A stretch of 12,877 nucleotides of DNA from Vulcanimicrobiota bacterium (GCA_003135555.1 PLCF01000029.1:1-12877), one strand, 5' to 3'. Positions 1 to 7,952 are shown, numbered from the stretch's first letter. Notes: generated from the sequence alone by a model not told the origin. Translations and numbers: made by a program.

Positions 1-12
1 CCGGCTAACCTA

Positions 13-89
13 TCAGCATGACAATGGGGGATGGTGGCTCATGCTTCGACGGGGCTCAGCATTGACAATGAGGGGCTCCGACGGGGGTC
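13..89. repeat. Cluster of degenerate REP-like palindromic repeats (unit approx. CATGCTTCGACGGGGCTCAGCATGACA)
   Basis: Near-complete unit TCATGCT-TCGACGGGGCTC-AGCAT(T)GA-CA at 39-67. Partial copies TCAGCATGACAATGGGG at 13-29 and GCTCCGACGGGGGTC at 75-89. A related sequence lies at 9285-9360. Confidence 0.6.
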
Positions 90-119
90 GGGGGGACATC
101 GGGGAACGAGTGGCCTATC

Positions 120-599
120 GTGGCCGCTCTCTCCGAGGTCGTGGTCGAACGCGTCGTGCGCTGCCCGTTCTCGATCGCGCACGACTATGCCGAGGATTTC
201 TTCGCCGAGGTCGCCGCCCGGGGCGCCGAGGTCCGGGTCCCGTTGCGGGACCTGGTTGTGCTGCGCCGGCCGGTGCGCATGGTCTTCGAGCGCGAACCCG
301 ACCAGGCCGAGGCGGGCCGGCCCCACGATGCGCTCGCGGTCCACTGGACCGCCGGGACCCACCTCTTCCCGGACTTTCACGGCACCCTGCGGTTGCGCAT
401 CGCCTCCGTCGACGAGACGCGCTTGACCCTGGAGGGCTCCTACTGCCCGCCGCTGGGCCCGCTCGGCCAGATCTTCGACCTCCTGATCGGCCGGCACATC
501 GCCCGGGCGACCATGGCCGACCTGCTCCGCCGGCTCGGCGACGCGATGGAAGCTCGCGAGGCAGCCTTCCGCTCGGGCTCGTCCGGGACCACTGCCTGA
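120..599 (+). CDS. Hypothetical protein, probable SRPBCC/START-like fold
   Basis: 159-aa GTG-start ORF with normal composition. The beta-rich core ends in TLEGSYCPPLGPLGQIFD followed by a long C-terminal helix, a pattern typical of SRPBCC-like proteins. Confidence 0.7.
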   Translation: MAALSEVVVERVVRCPFSIAHDYAEDFFAEVAARGAEVRVPLRDLVVLRRPVRMVFEREPDQAEAGRPHDALAVHWTAGTHLFPDFHGTLRLRIASVDETRLTLEGSYCPPLGPLGQIFDLLIGRHIARATMADLLRRLGDAMEAREAAFRSGSSGTTA

Positions 600-620
600 C
601 CGTCGCGAAGGGCGAGCGCC

Positions 621-1106
621 GTGGAAGGTAGCTTGACGGCGCGCGATCGACTCGTGGCCGGATTGGTCGCGGGGATCGGCGGCGGAATCGTCATGGACCT
701 GTTCTTGTTCGCGGCGCTCATCGCCGGCGGGACGGCCCCGGGCGCGGTCGCGGCGCTGACCTGGGGCGGGTTGGCGGCCCTGCTGATCGGCAGCGGTGCG
801 GCGGCGAATCCCACAGCGCCGGCGCTGGGCGCGGGGCTGCACTTCGCGGTCGCGATCGGCTGGGCGCTGGGCTACGTCTCGCTCGCGCGCACGCAGGCGC
901 AGCTACTCTTGCGGCCGTGGATCTCCGGGGCCGCGTTCGGCCTAGTCGTCTACGTCTTCATGCAGATCGTCTTCATCACCGCGGGACAGTACCGCCGGCC
1001 GTCCGCGGCGGCGTTCGGGATCGCGCTCGTCGCGTACGTCGTCGCCTACGGGGTGCCCGTCGGGCTCATCGCCGCGCGGATGCTGCGCCCGACCAGCACC
1101 GGATGA
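621..1106 (+). CDS. Integral membrane protein (about 4-5 TM), unknown function
   Basis: 161-aa ORF with several hydrophobic segments (LVAGLVAGIGGGIVMDLFLFAALI, LGAGLHFAVAIGWALGYV, GAAFGLVVYVFMQIVF, FGIALVAYVVAYGVPVGLI). It ends 4 nt before alr. Confidence 0.8.
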   Translation: MEGSLTARDRLVAGLVAGIGGGIVMDLFLFAALIAGGTAPGAVAALTWGGLAALLIGSGAAANPTAPALGAGLHFAVAIGWALGYVSLARTQAQLLLRPWISGAAFGLVVYVFMQIVFITAGQYRRPSAAAFGIALVAYVVAYGVPVGLIAARMLRPTSTG

Positions 1107-1110
1107 CGGC

Positions 1111-2229
1111 GTGATCGCCGAAGTCGCGATCGATCTCGGCGCGATCGTTCGCAACGCGCAAGCGCTCGCGCGGCTCGTCGCGCCGGCGCGGCTGTACGCG
1201 GTGGTAAAGGCCGACGCCTACGGGCACGGGCTCGTCCCGGTCGCGCGTGCGCTGGCGCCGCATGCGGCGCGGCTGTGCGTCTATGCGCTCGAAGAAGCGG
1301 TGGCGCTGCGCGACGCCGGGATCGATGCGCCGATCCACGTGCTCGGCCCGATCCCGCCCGCGGACCTCGAGATCGCGCACGCGACCGATGTCACCATCAC
1401 GCTGTGGGACGGCGAGCTGTACGCGCGCCAGGTCGCCAGCGTCGCGCGACGGCGCCGGCGGCCGTTCGTCGTGCAGGCCAAGATCGACACCGGCGTCGTG
1501 CGGCTGGGCATATCGGTCGACGCCGCACCGGCGCTTCTGGAACGCTTCGCCGCGACGCCGGAATTCGAGCTCGCCGGCGCGTTCACGCACATCGCGGCGG
1601 CCGAGGAGCTCGACTCGACGTTCACGCTCGAACAGTTGGCGCGCTTCGGCCTGGCGACGCGGGGGCTCGGTGCGCGCGTCGAGCGCCACGCCGCCGCGAC
1701 CGCGGCGGCGATTCTGTGGCCCGACGCGCGGCTCGACGCGGTGCGCTGCGGGATCGGGCTCTACGGGATCTGGCCCAGCGCCGAAGCGGAGGCGCTCATG
1801 CGCGAGCGCGGCCTCGTGCTCGAACCCGCGCTGCGCTGGAACACGCGCATCGTCGCGCTGCACGAAATCGAGGCCGGCGAAACGGTCGGCTACGGACGAA
1901 CCTGGCGCGCAGCGCGCCGTTCGCGCATCGCGACGCTGCCGATCGGCTATGCCGAAGGGCTCCCGCGCACGGCCGGCAACGCCGCGCAGGTGCTGGTGCG
2001 GGGCCGGCGCGCACCGGTGATCGGGCGCGTCTGCATGGACATGGCCTTCGCCGACGTGACCGCCGTCGACGACGCGGCCCCCGGCGACACGGTCACGCTG
2101 ATCGGCTCCAACGGCGCCGAGCGCCTCAGCGCCGAGGACCTCGCCGGCGCCTGCGGCACGATCGGGTACGAGATCGTCGCCCGGCTTCCGGCGCACGTTC
2201 CGCGCCGCTACGACGTTATCGGCACGTGA
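1111..2229 (+). CDS. alr: Alanine racemase
   Basis: PLP-lysine motif AVVKADAYGHG, KIDTG..RLG, VRCGIGLYG, catalytic Tyr in VGYG, IGYAEG, GRVCMD and GTIGYEI. 372 aa. Confidence 0.97.
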   Translation: MIAEVAIDLGAIVRNAQALARLVAPARLYAVVKADAYGHGLVPVARALAPHAARLCVYALEEAVALRDAGIDAPIHVLGPIPPADLEIAHATDVTITLWDGELYARQVASVARRRRRPFVVQAKIDTGVVRLGISVDAAPALLERFAATPEFELAGAFTHIAAAEELDSTFTLEQLARFGLATRGLGARVERHAAATAAAILWPDARLDAVRCGIGLYGIWPSAEAEALMRERGLVLEPALRWNTRIVALHEIEAGETVGYGRTWRAARRSRIATLPIGYAEGLPRTAGNAAQVLVRGRRAPVIGRVCMDMAFADVTAVDDAAPGDTVTLIGSNGAERLSAEDLAGACGTIGYEIVARLPAHVPRRYDVIGT

Positions 2230-3476
2230 TCCCCGCTCTCACCTTCGCTACCTTCGCGATCACGCTCGACGGCAAAACGGTGCTGCCGCGGGCGCGCGCC
2301 GCGGTGCGCGCGGGGCACGTGCTCATCCCGGTTCGGGCGCTGGGAGACGCGCTGGGCGCCGACGTCGGCTACGACGGTCCGACCCGCACGATCACCGTGC
2401 AACGCGGCGACCATTTCGCGTCGCTCGTCGTCCCCAAAGACGCGATCGTGAAGGGTGCCGCATACGCGCCGTTGCGCGCGGTTGCGAACGCCTTCGGCCT
2501 GCACGTGGCCTACCAGGCGGCGACGCGAACCGTCGCGCTGGACGAGGTCCGCGTAACGGTACCCGTCGCGCGCGTCACGCCGCCCGCGGCCCAGCCGGCG
2601 ACGACCAATGCGGCGACGTACGCGATCACGCTGACACCCGCGTCGGGGAGCGAGGTGCACGATCCGTATCCGGCCATCACGGCGCGCTTCGCCGGCGCCG
2701 CGTCGATCGATCCGCGTTCGCTGCAGCTGATCCTCGACGGCCGCGACGTCAGCGCCGAGGCGGCGGTGATCGGCGATCAAGTCTTGTTCACACCGCGGAC
2801 GGCGCTCGCGCCGGGTACGCATTCCGTGCGGGTCTTCGGCCGCGACGCGAGCGGTGCGCCGATCGCGCAGCAATGGTCCTTCGTCGACAACTTCGCGTTC
2901 GTCGCCGCACCGCCGCCGACGCCCTATCCGATCTCGGCGATCTGGATCGATCGCTGGATCAGGCCGGGCACCAACGCGTTCGACGTGTACGTCCACGGCG
3001 CGCCCGGCATCACGGGCTACGTCGGCGTCGACGGCGTCGGCAGCTATTTTCCGCTGCTCGTGTACACCGCCAACTCGTACGTCGCGCACGTCTTCGTTCC
3101 CAACGGCGTGAACCAACCGTTCGCGCGCGTCGCCGCGCGCCTGACGCTGCCAGACGGAACGGTGCAAAGCATCGTGCTGCCGCAGACGATCGACCTCGTC
3201 ACGGCGCCGCTGGGGCGCGATCCGACCCAGCCGTCGTACCCGTCGCCGTTACCCAGCCCAATACGGCGCTCGGTCAACGTGCCGTCTCCGGCGCCCAGCG
3301 CGACTCCGGGCCACCGCCGATACCCGTTACGAACGTTGTCGCCGGCACCGTCGCCCACACCGACGCCGGCGGTGCAGAAAACGCCGGCTCCCAGCGCGAC
3401 GGCTGCACCGTCGCCGCGACCGTCGCACCGCCCGATCATCCGCCGCACGCCGTCGCCGAGCCCGCCGCCAAGCTAG
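2226..3476 (+). CDS. Cell-envelope protein with copper amine oxidase N-terminal-like (stalk) domain, Ig-like domain(s) and Pro/Ser/Thr-rich tail
   Basis: 3' part of the 1275..3476 ORF, with a GTG at 2226 overlapping the alr stop (GTGA). GHVLIPVRALGDALGADVGYD and GAAYAPLRAVANAFGLHVAY are typical stalk-domain repeats. IDPRSLQLILDGRDVS...LAPGTHSVRV is Ig-like, and the tail is PSP-rich. Confidence 0.82.
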   Translation: MIPALTFATFAITLDGKTVLPRARAAVRAGHVLIPVRALGDALGADVGYDGPTRTITVQRGDHFASLVVPKDAIVKGAAYAPLRAVANAFGLHVAYQAATRTVALDEVRVTVPVARVTPPAAQPATTNAATYAITLTPASGSEVHDPYPAITARFAGAASIDPRSLQLILDGRDVSAEAAVIGDQVLFTPRTALAPGTHSVRVFGRDASGAPIAQQWSFVDNFAFVAAPPPTPYPISAIWIDRWIRPGTNAFDVYVHGAPGITGYVGVDGVGSYFPLLVYTANSYVAHVFVPNGVNQPFARVAARLTLPDGTVQSIVLPQTIDLVTAPLGRDPTQPSYPSPLPSPIRRSVNVPSPAPSATPGHRRYPLRTLSPAPSPTPTPAVQKTPAPSATAAPSPRPSHRPIIRRTPSPSPPPS

Positions 3477-3514
3477 CGCACGGCCCGCTTTTGTACGCTG
3501 ACGTACGTCGCGCG

Positions 3515-3523
3515 TGCTATAAT
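3515..3523 (+). promoter_or_regulatory. Extended -10 sigma70-type promoter (TGcTATAAT) upstream of the first crp gene
   Basis: Perfect TGnTATAAT in the short intergenic gap of very GC-rich DNA. There is no good -35 at 17 bp spacing. Confidence 0.7.
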
Positions 3524-3546
3524 GAGCGCGCGTTTCGCGCCGCCTC

Positions 3547-4326
3547 GTGGCGGAGCTCGCTGCTAGGAGTTCGACCGTCACCGTCAAGCCCGTACCGACC
3601 GGTCGCTCCACGCAGCGTCTCGCGTTCCCGTGTGGGAACAGTCTGCTCGATGCCTTGCCGCACACGGACCGCGACGAGCTCGCCGAGGATCTCGAGCTCG
3701 TCACGCTGATCGCGCACGAACACACGCACGTGCTTGGCACGTGGATGGAGCACGTCGACTTTCCCGTCGACGCCATGGTCTCGGTGGTCGCCTCATTCGA
3801 GAACGGCGACGTCGTCGAAGTCGGCGCGATCGGCCGCGAAGGCTTCGTCGAAGTCGATGCGGTGCTCGAGTCGTACTTCGCGCGGCGCGCGACGTACTGC
3901 CAAGTCGCCGGCCAGGTGGCACGCATGCCGATGGCGCGCTTCGTCGATCGCATGGAGACCAGCCTGCCGTTCGCGCGGCTGCTGCGGGACAGTGTCACCG
4001 CGGCGCTGTTTCGGACGCAGCAGTTCGCGGCGTGCAACGCGCGGCATACGGTGCTGCAGCGCTGCGCGCGCTGGCTGTTGATGACCGCCGACCGGGTCGG
4101 CCGCGACCAGTTCTCGCTCACCCATGATTTTCTGGCGATCATGCTGAGCGTGCGCCGCGCCGGCGTCTCAGAAGCCGCCAACGTGCTGCACCGCCGCGGG
4201 GCGATCGAGTATCAGCGCGGCGTGGTCACCATCGTGGACGCAGCGCGGCTCGCCGGTGAAGCGTGCGAGTGCTACGAGGCCTGCAAGGCCGCCAGCGCCG
4301 ATCCGAGGTCGAGCGTCCCCTCGTAG
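3547..4326 (+). CDS. Crp/Fnr family transcriptional regulator (CECY-terminated subtype), start uncertain
   Basis: N-terminal NSLLDALP, cNMP-binding-like barrel (VEVGAIGREG), ACNARH...RCARWLL, wHTH LTHDFLAIMLSVRRAGVSEAA and C-terminal CECY. Confidence 0.92.
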   Translation: MAELAARSSTVTVKPVPTGRSTQRLAFPCGNSLLDALPHTDRDELAEDLELVTLIAHEHTHVLGTWMEHVDFPVDAMVSVVASFENGDVVEVGAIGREGFVEVDAVLESYFARRATYCQVAGQVARMPMARFVDRMETSLPFARLLRDSVTAALFRTQQFAACNARHTVLQRCARWLLMTADRVGRDQFSLTHDFLAIMLSVRRAGVSEAANVLHRRGAIEYQRGVVTIVDAARLAGEACECYEACKAASADPRSSVPS

Positions 4327-4997
4327 AGCGCGCGCCCCACGATCGCCGCGTCGACGTTGGCCGGCGTCCCGGCGCGCAGCGCGACGAGATCCGCGACGGT
4401 GCGCGCACCGCCGCTGGCCGTGATGCTCAACGGCGTCAGCGCGGCGACGTGCGCGAGCGCGGCGATGTCGTAGCCCGATCCCATGCCGTCGCGCGCGATC
4501 TCGGTGTAGACCACGCGCCGCATCCCCCATGCGGCCACACTGCGCACCAGGTCGTCGCGCAAGATGGCGCCGCCGCCCAGCCACCCGCGCGTGGCTACGA
4601 CGTCGCCGCGAGCGTCGATCCCGGCGACGATGCGTTCGCCCCAGCGCTCCACGAGCGCGCGCGCGGTGTCGGGCGCTTCGACGAGCAGCGTACCGATCAC
4701 GACGGCCTGCGCGCCGGCGTCGAAGCGCGCGGCGACGTCGGCGGCGCTTCGAATCCCGCCGCCGGTCTGCACCGCAACGTCGACCGCGGCGCAGATCGCG
4801 CGCAGCGCGGCGTGGTTCTCGCCGGTTCCGAACGCGCCGTCGAGGTCGACGACGTGCAGCGCTTGCGCGCCTTGCGCGACGAACGCGCGGGCGCGCGCCA
4901 CCGGGTCGGCGTCGTAGCGCGTCTCGCGCGCGAGATCGCCGCGCTCGAGGCGCACCGCGTGACCGCCGCGCAGATCGATCGCCGGATAGATGGTCAC
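4272..4997 (-). CDS. hisA: ProFAR isomerase (histidine biosynthesis HisA)
   Basis: IYPAIDLRGG.AVRL, LHVVDLDGA, QTGGGIR, GIDAR, TEIARDGMGSG, ASGG and AIVGRALYEG. The GTG at 4997 overlaps the hisH stop (GTGA). Confidence 0.95.
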   Translation of the reverse strand: MTIYPAIDLRGGHAVRLERGDLARETRYDADPVARARAFVAQGAQALHVVDLDGAFGTGENHAALRAICAAVDVAVQTGGGIRSAADVAARFDAGAQAVVIGTLLVEAPDTARALVERWGERIVAGIDARGDVVATRGWLGGGAILRDDLVRSVAAWGMRRVVYTEIARDGMGSGYDIAALAHVAALTPLSITASGGARTVADLVALRAGTPANVDAAIVGRALYEGTLDLGSALAALQAS

Positions 4998-5632
4998 GCG
5001 CGCGCGGCGCCGGTATGCGAGGCCGACGCGATGCGCACGAAGTTGTCGAGCAACCGTGCGCCGGCGGCGCGGCTCTTCTCGGGATGGAACTGCGTCGCCA
5101 TCACGTTGTCCTGGGCGACGATCGCGGCAAAGCGCCCGCCGTAGTCGCACGACGCGACCGTCGCCGCCGACTCAGCCACCCGGTACGAGTGCAAGAAGTA
5201 GGCCCAGGCGCCGGTGGTCAACCCATCGACGAAGGGATGGCTGCGCTCGACCACGAGGTCGTTCCACCCCATGTGCGGGACGCGCGGGGCGCCGGTGAAG
5301 CGGCGCACTTCGCCGGGTAGGATACCCAGGCCGAGTGCGCCCCCGTACTCGTCGCTGGAGTCGAACAACACTTGCATACCGACGCAGATCCCGAGGAACG
5401 GTCGCCCGGCCGCGATCGTGCGGCGAATTGCACCGTCCAAGCCGCGCTCGCGCAGCGCGTCGACGGTCGCCCCGAAGGCGCTGTCGCCCGGCAAGATCGC
5501 CGCGCCGGCGGCTTCGACGGCGGCCGGGTCGGCGGTGAGCGCGAACCGCGCGCCGCGCCGCTCCAGCGCGGCGAGAAGCGAGCCGACGTTGCCGCCGCCG
5601 TAGTCGATCACCGCGATGCTCGCCGCCGTCAT
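4994..5632 (-). CDS. hisH: Imidazole glycerol phosphate synthase glutaminase subunit HisH
   Basis: IAVIDYGGGNVGS, catalytic GICVGMQ, VPHMGWN, YFLHSY and QFHPEKS. ATG at 5632. Confidence 0.95.
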   Translation of the reverse strand: MTAASIAVIDYGGGNVGSLLAALERRGARFALTADPAAVEAAGAAILPGDSAFGATVDALRERGLDGAIRRTIAAGRPFLGICVGMQVLFDSSDEYGGALGLGILPGEVRRFTGAPRVPHMGWNDLVVERSHPFVDGLTTGAWAYFLHSYRVAESAATVASCDYGGRFAAIVAQDNVMATQFHPEKSRAAGARLLDNFVRIASASHTGAARA

Positions 5633-5662
5633 GGACGCCTGCGTTCGCTCGGCGGCGCGGCG

Positions 5663-6775
5663 TTGCTTGCCGCCGGCCTGGCGGTCCTGCCCGCACCCCA
5701 TGCCCGTGCCGCCGGCGAGGCCGGTTTACGCGCGCCCACCGGGTTCACGGTTGAGCGCATCGCGACCGTGCCCGGCGCGCGCGAGCTCGCCGTCGCGCCC
5801 AACGGCGATCTCTTCGCCGGCACGGGCGGCGACGCGATCTACGTCGTCCCCGACGCGGAGAAGGCTCCGGGCGAGGCGCGGCGGTTCGTCACGATCGCCG
5901 ACGGGCCGGTCGCGGGAGTCTTGCTTGCCGGCGATACGCTCTACGCCGCCGGACAGTTCGGTGTGTGGCGCATCCCGTATCAGTCCGGCGACCGCGCAGC
6001 GCGCTCGGCGCCGCAGAAGATCGCCAGCGTACGCCCGGGCGGCGGGGGGGTGCACAGCACCACGACGCTTGCGCTCTCCAAGGGCACGTTGTACGCGAGC
6101 GTCGGCTCGTCGTGCAACGCGTGCAACGAGACGGACCCCACGCGCGCCACGATCCAAGCGATGACGCCGGACGGGAAAAACATGCATGCCCGCGCGGTCG
6201 ACATTCGCAATGCGATCGCGCTGGCGGTGCAGCCCGGCAACGGCGACCTATGGGCCGGCGTCGCGGGGCGCGACGAGCTCGAGCACGGCCATCCCTATGA
6301 GATCTTCGACGACGTCAGCGCGCACGCGGGCACGCCCGATTACGGCTGGATCACGTGCTACGACGATCGCAAGCCCATCGGTGGCGCGAGTTGCAGCGGC
6401 GTGGTGCTGCCGAAGGTGATCTTTCCCGCATACGACACGCCGATCGGCGCGGCGTTCTACCCGGCCGACGCAAAAGGGGCCTACGCGTTTCCGGCGAGCT
6501 ACCGCGGCGGCGCGTTCGTCACGCTGCACGGCTCGTGGCACCGGCCGCTCGTCCCGCCGCGGGTCGCCTTCGTGGCGTTCAAGAACGACGAACCGGCTCG
6601 TGCGGTCGACTGGTCGAACCCAGACGTGCAGTGGACGGAATTCGGCGGCGGCTGTCAGGGCGCCGACGGATCGCGCTCGTGCCGCCCGACCGGCGTCGCC
6701 GTCGGCACCGACGGCTCGCTGTTCGTCAGCGACGACCTAACCGGCGCGATCTACCGAATACGCCCTCGCCGCTAG
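5663..6775 (+). CDS. Secreted PQQ-dependent glucose/L-sorbosone dehydrogenase family beta-propeller protein; true start may be 5631 (see findings)
   Basis: Signal-peptide-like LLAAGLAVLPAPHARA, then PTGFTVERIA, ARELAVAPNGDLF, LYASVGSSCNAC, IRN, DYGW, FVTLHGSW and RPTGVAVGTDGSLFVSDD..GAIYRI. TTG 5663 is the first canonical in-frame start outside hisH. Confidence 0.88.
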   Translation: MLAAGLAVLPAPHARAAGEAGLRAPTGFTVERIATVPGARELAVAPNGDLFAGTGGDAIYVVPDAEKAPGEARRFVTIADGPVAGVLLAGDTLYAAGQFGVWRIPYQSGDRAARSAPQKIASVRPGGGGVHSTTTLALSKGTLYASVGSSCNACNETDPTRATIQAMTPDGKNMHARAVDIRNAIALAVQPGNGDLWAGVAGRDELEHGHPYEIFDDVSAHAGTPDYGWITCYDDRKPIGGASCSGVVLPKVIFPAYDTPIGAAFYPADAKGAYAFPASYRGGAFVTLHGSWHRPLVPPRVAFVAFKNDEPARAVDWSNPDVQWTEFGGGCQGADGSRSCRPTGVAVGTDGSLFVSDDLTGAIYRIRPRR

Positions 6776-7461
6776 GCGGTCGGGGCGTAGCGGCGCTGGG
6801 CTTCGTAGCACTCGCAGCAGGTCTCGCGCAAGGCTTGCAGCTCGAGCACCGCGACCGACTCCTGCGCGTAGCGGATCGCGCCCATCTCTTGGAGCACCCA
6901 CGTCGCTTCGGCCACGGACCCCCGCGGCAGCGCGAGCATCATGCCCAGAAAATCCTCGCGCAGCTCGAACTCGTCCCGCCCCAGCTCGTCGCGCAACATC
7001 AGGATCCAGCGGGCGAGGCGCTCGGTGAGGTCGTGCGCGAGATTGCACGCGATCAGCTGTTCGGCCAGGAACAGGCGCCGCAAGAGATGCCGCTGGATCG
7101 CGCGCGCCAGCGCGCGGCTGCGTTCGACGCACGCCTCGAACGCCGCGCGCTCCATCCGCGCCGCGCGTCCCCCGACCTGCGACATGACCGAACGCGGCGC
7201 GGCCGGCGCGTCGAGCAGCAGCTCCGCACCGATGACGCCCTCGCGGCCGACGGCGGCGACTTCGTAGACTTCGCCGCGGCGCAGCTCCGCGGTGATCGAA
7301 AACACCGCGTCGATCGGAAACAGGACGTCGCGGTACTCCTCACCGTGACCCACCACGCAGTCGGGTACCTCGGCCTGGAACACCGTCAGCCGTCCGGCGA
7401 CGTGGTCGCGGTCGGCCGGAGGCAACGCGTCGACAAGCAGGTTTCCACCCGCGTAGCGCAT
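6772..7461 (-). CDS. Second Crp/Fnr family regulator (CECY subtype)
   Basis: ATG at 7461 gives MRYAGGNLLVDALP. Also YEVAAVGREG, ACNLAHDLTERLARWIL, wHTH-like FELREDFLGMMLALPRGSVAEA and C-terminal CCECY. Its stop overlaps the dehydrogenase stop in CTAG 6772-6775. Confidence 0.9.
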   Translation of the reverse strand: MRYAGGNLLVDALPPADRDHVAGRLTVFQAEVPDCVVGHGEEYRDVLFPIDAVFSITAELRRGEVYEVAAVGREGVIGAELLLDAPAAPRSVMSQVGGRAARMERAAFEACVERSRALARAIQRHLLRRLFLAEQLIACNLAHDLTERLARWILMLRDELGRDEFELREDFLGMMLALPRGSVAEATWVLQEMGAIRYAQESVAVLELQALRETCCECYEAQRRYAPTA

Positions 7462-7522
7462 TTCTCGGCTATTCCCGCCGCATCGCCGGCCCACACGCGC
7501 CCTCGCCTGTTCGCGCACCCGA

Positions 7523-7948
7523 TCAGGCCGCGTGCGGGCCCTCGCGACGGAAAACCGGCAGCGCCACGACCACACGCGTCCCGCTCGCGTTGCGGGCGGC
7601 GGAGTCGATGACGATCTCGCCGGCGAGCGCACGGACGATCAGCAGTCCCCGCCCGGTCTCGGAATCCGGTCCGGGGGCGGGATAGACCGGGGGCATCCCG
7701 CAGCCACGGTCGACCACGCACAACATCGGCGGGTCGTTGTCCCAGTCGATGCACACGCCGAACGGCGGCGCGCCGTGCAGGACCGCGTTCGCGACCAGCT
7801 CGCCGACCACGAGCTCGGCGCCGTCGAGGTCGGAGCGTCCCGCGTCGGCCTGCGCTTCGAGGAAGCGCCGCGCGTCACGCCGTATCCGGCGCGCCTCGCC
7901 GACCTCATCTCCGACGTAGGACCAGTAGCGGCAGTCGTTTACACTCAT
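7523..7948 (-). CDS. RsbW/SpoIIAB-like anti-sigma factor / Ser kinase (GHKL ATPase, HATPase_c_2)
   Basis: N box ELVANAVLHG, G1 box DRGCG, G2 box GRGL and terminal GTRV strand. 141 aa with no histidine-kinase DHp domain. Confidence 0.88.
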   Translation of the reverse strand: MSVNDCRYWSYVGDEVGEARRIRRDARRFLEAQADAGRSDLDGAELVVGELVANAVLHGAPPFGVCIDWDNDPPMLCVVDRGCGMPPVYPAPGPDSETGRGLLIVRALAGEIVIDSAARNASGTRVVVALPVFRREGPHAA

Positions 7949-7952
7949 CCCA

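Noticed and set aside
13..89. Possible CRISPR array at the window start
   Set aside because: Copies are partial and degenerate, without regular unique spacers, and no cas genes are present. A REP-like cluster fits better.
594..612. CCTGACCGTCGCGAAGGG resembling the REP-like unit
   Set aside because: Too short and divergent to distinguish from chance.
1275..2225. N-terminal 317 codons of the 733-aa ORF overlapping alr
   Set aside because: Arg/Ala/Gly-rich off-frame read of alr typical of high-GC DNA. Protein-like sequence starts only at GTG 2226.
3220..3476. Repetitive CCGTCGCC-type sequence
   Set aside because: It encodes the Pro/Ser/Thr-rich tail and is not a CRISPR array or a DNA-level repeat element.
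3525..3590. GTTCGA motif suggesting a tRNA T-loop, and a 14-codon ORF from ATG 3522
   Set aside because: No paired T-stem or cloverleaf. The ATG lies within the -10 box and would not be transcribed from that promoter.
5372..5629. Upstream extension of the dehydrogenase ORF
   Set aside because: Antisense shadow of hisH. The signal peptide begins around 5631-5663.
4264..6816. 14-bp inverted repeat TGCGAGTGCTACGA (4264-4277 / 6803-6816) flanking hisA-hisH-dehydrogenase, suggesting an invertible or mobile segment
   Set aside because: It is the CECYE coding sequence shared by the two crp paralogues. There is no recombinase in the window, and hisHA keeps the hisB orientation.
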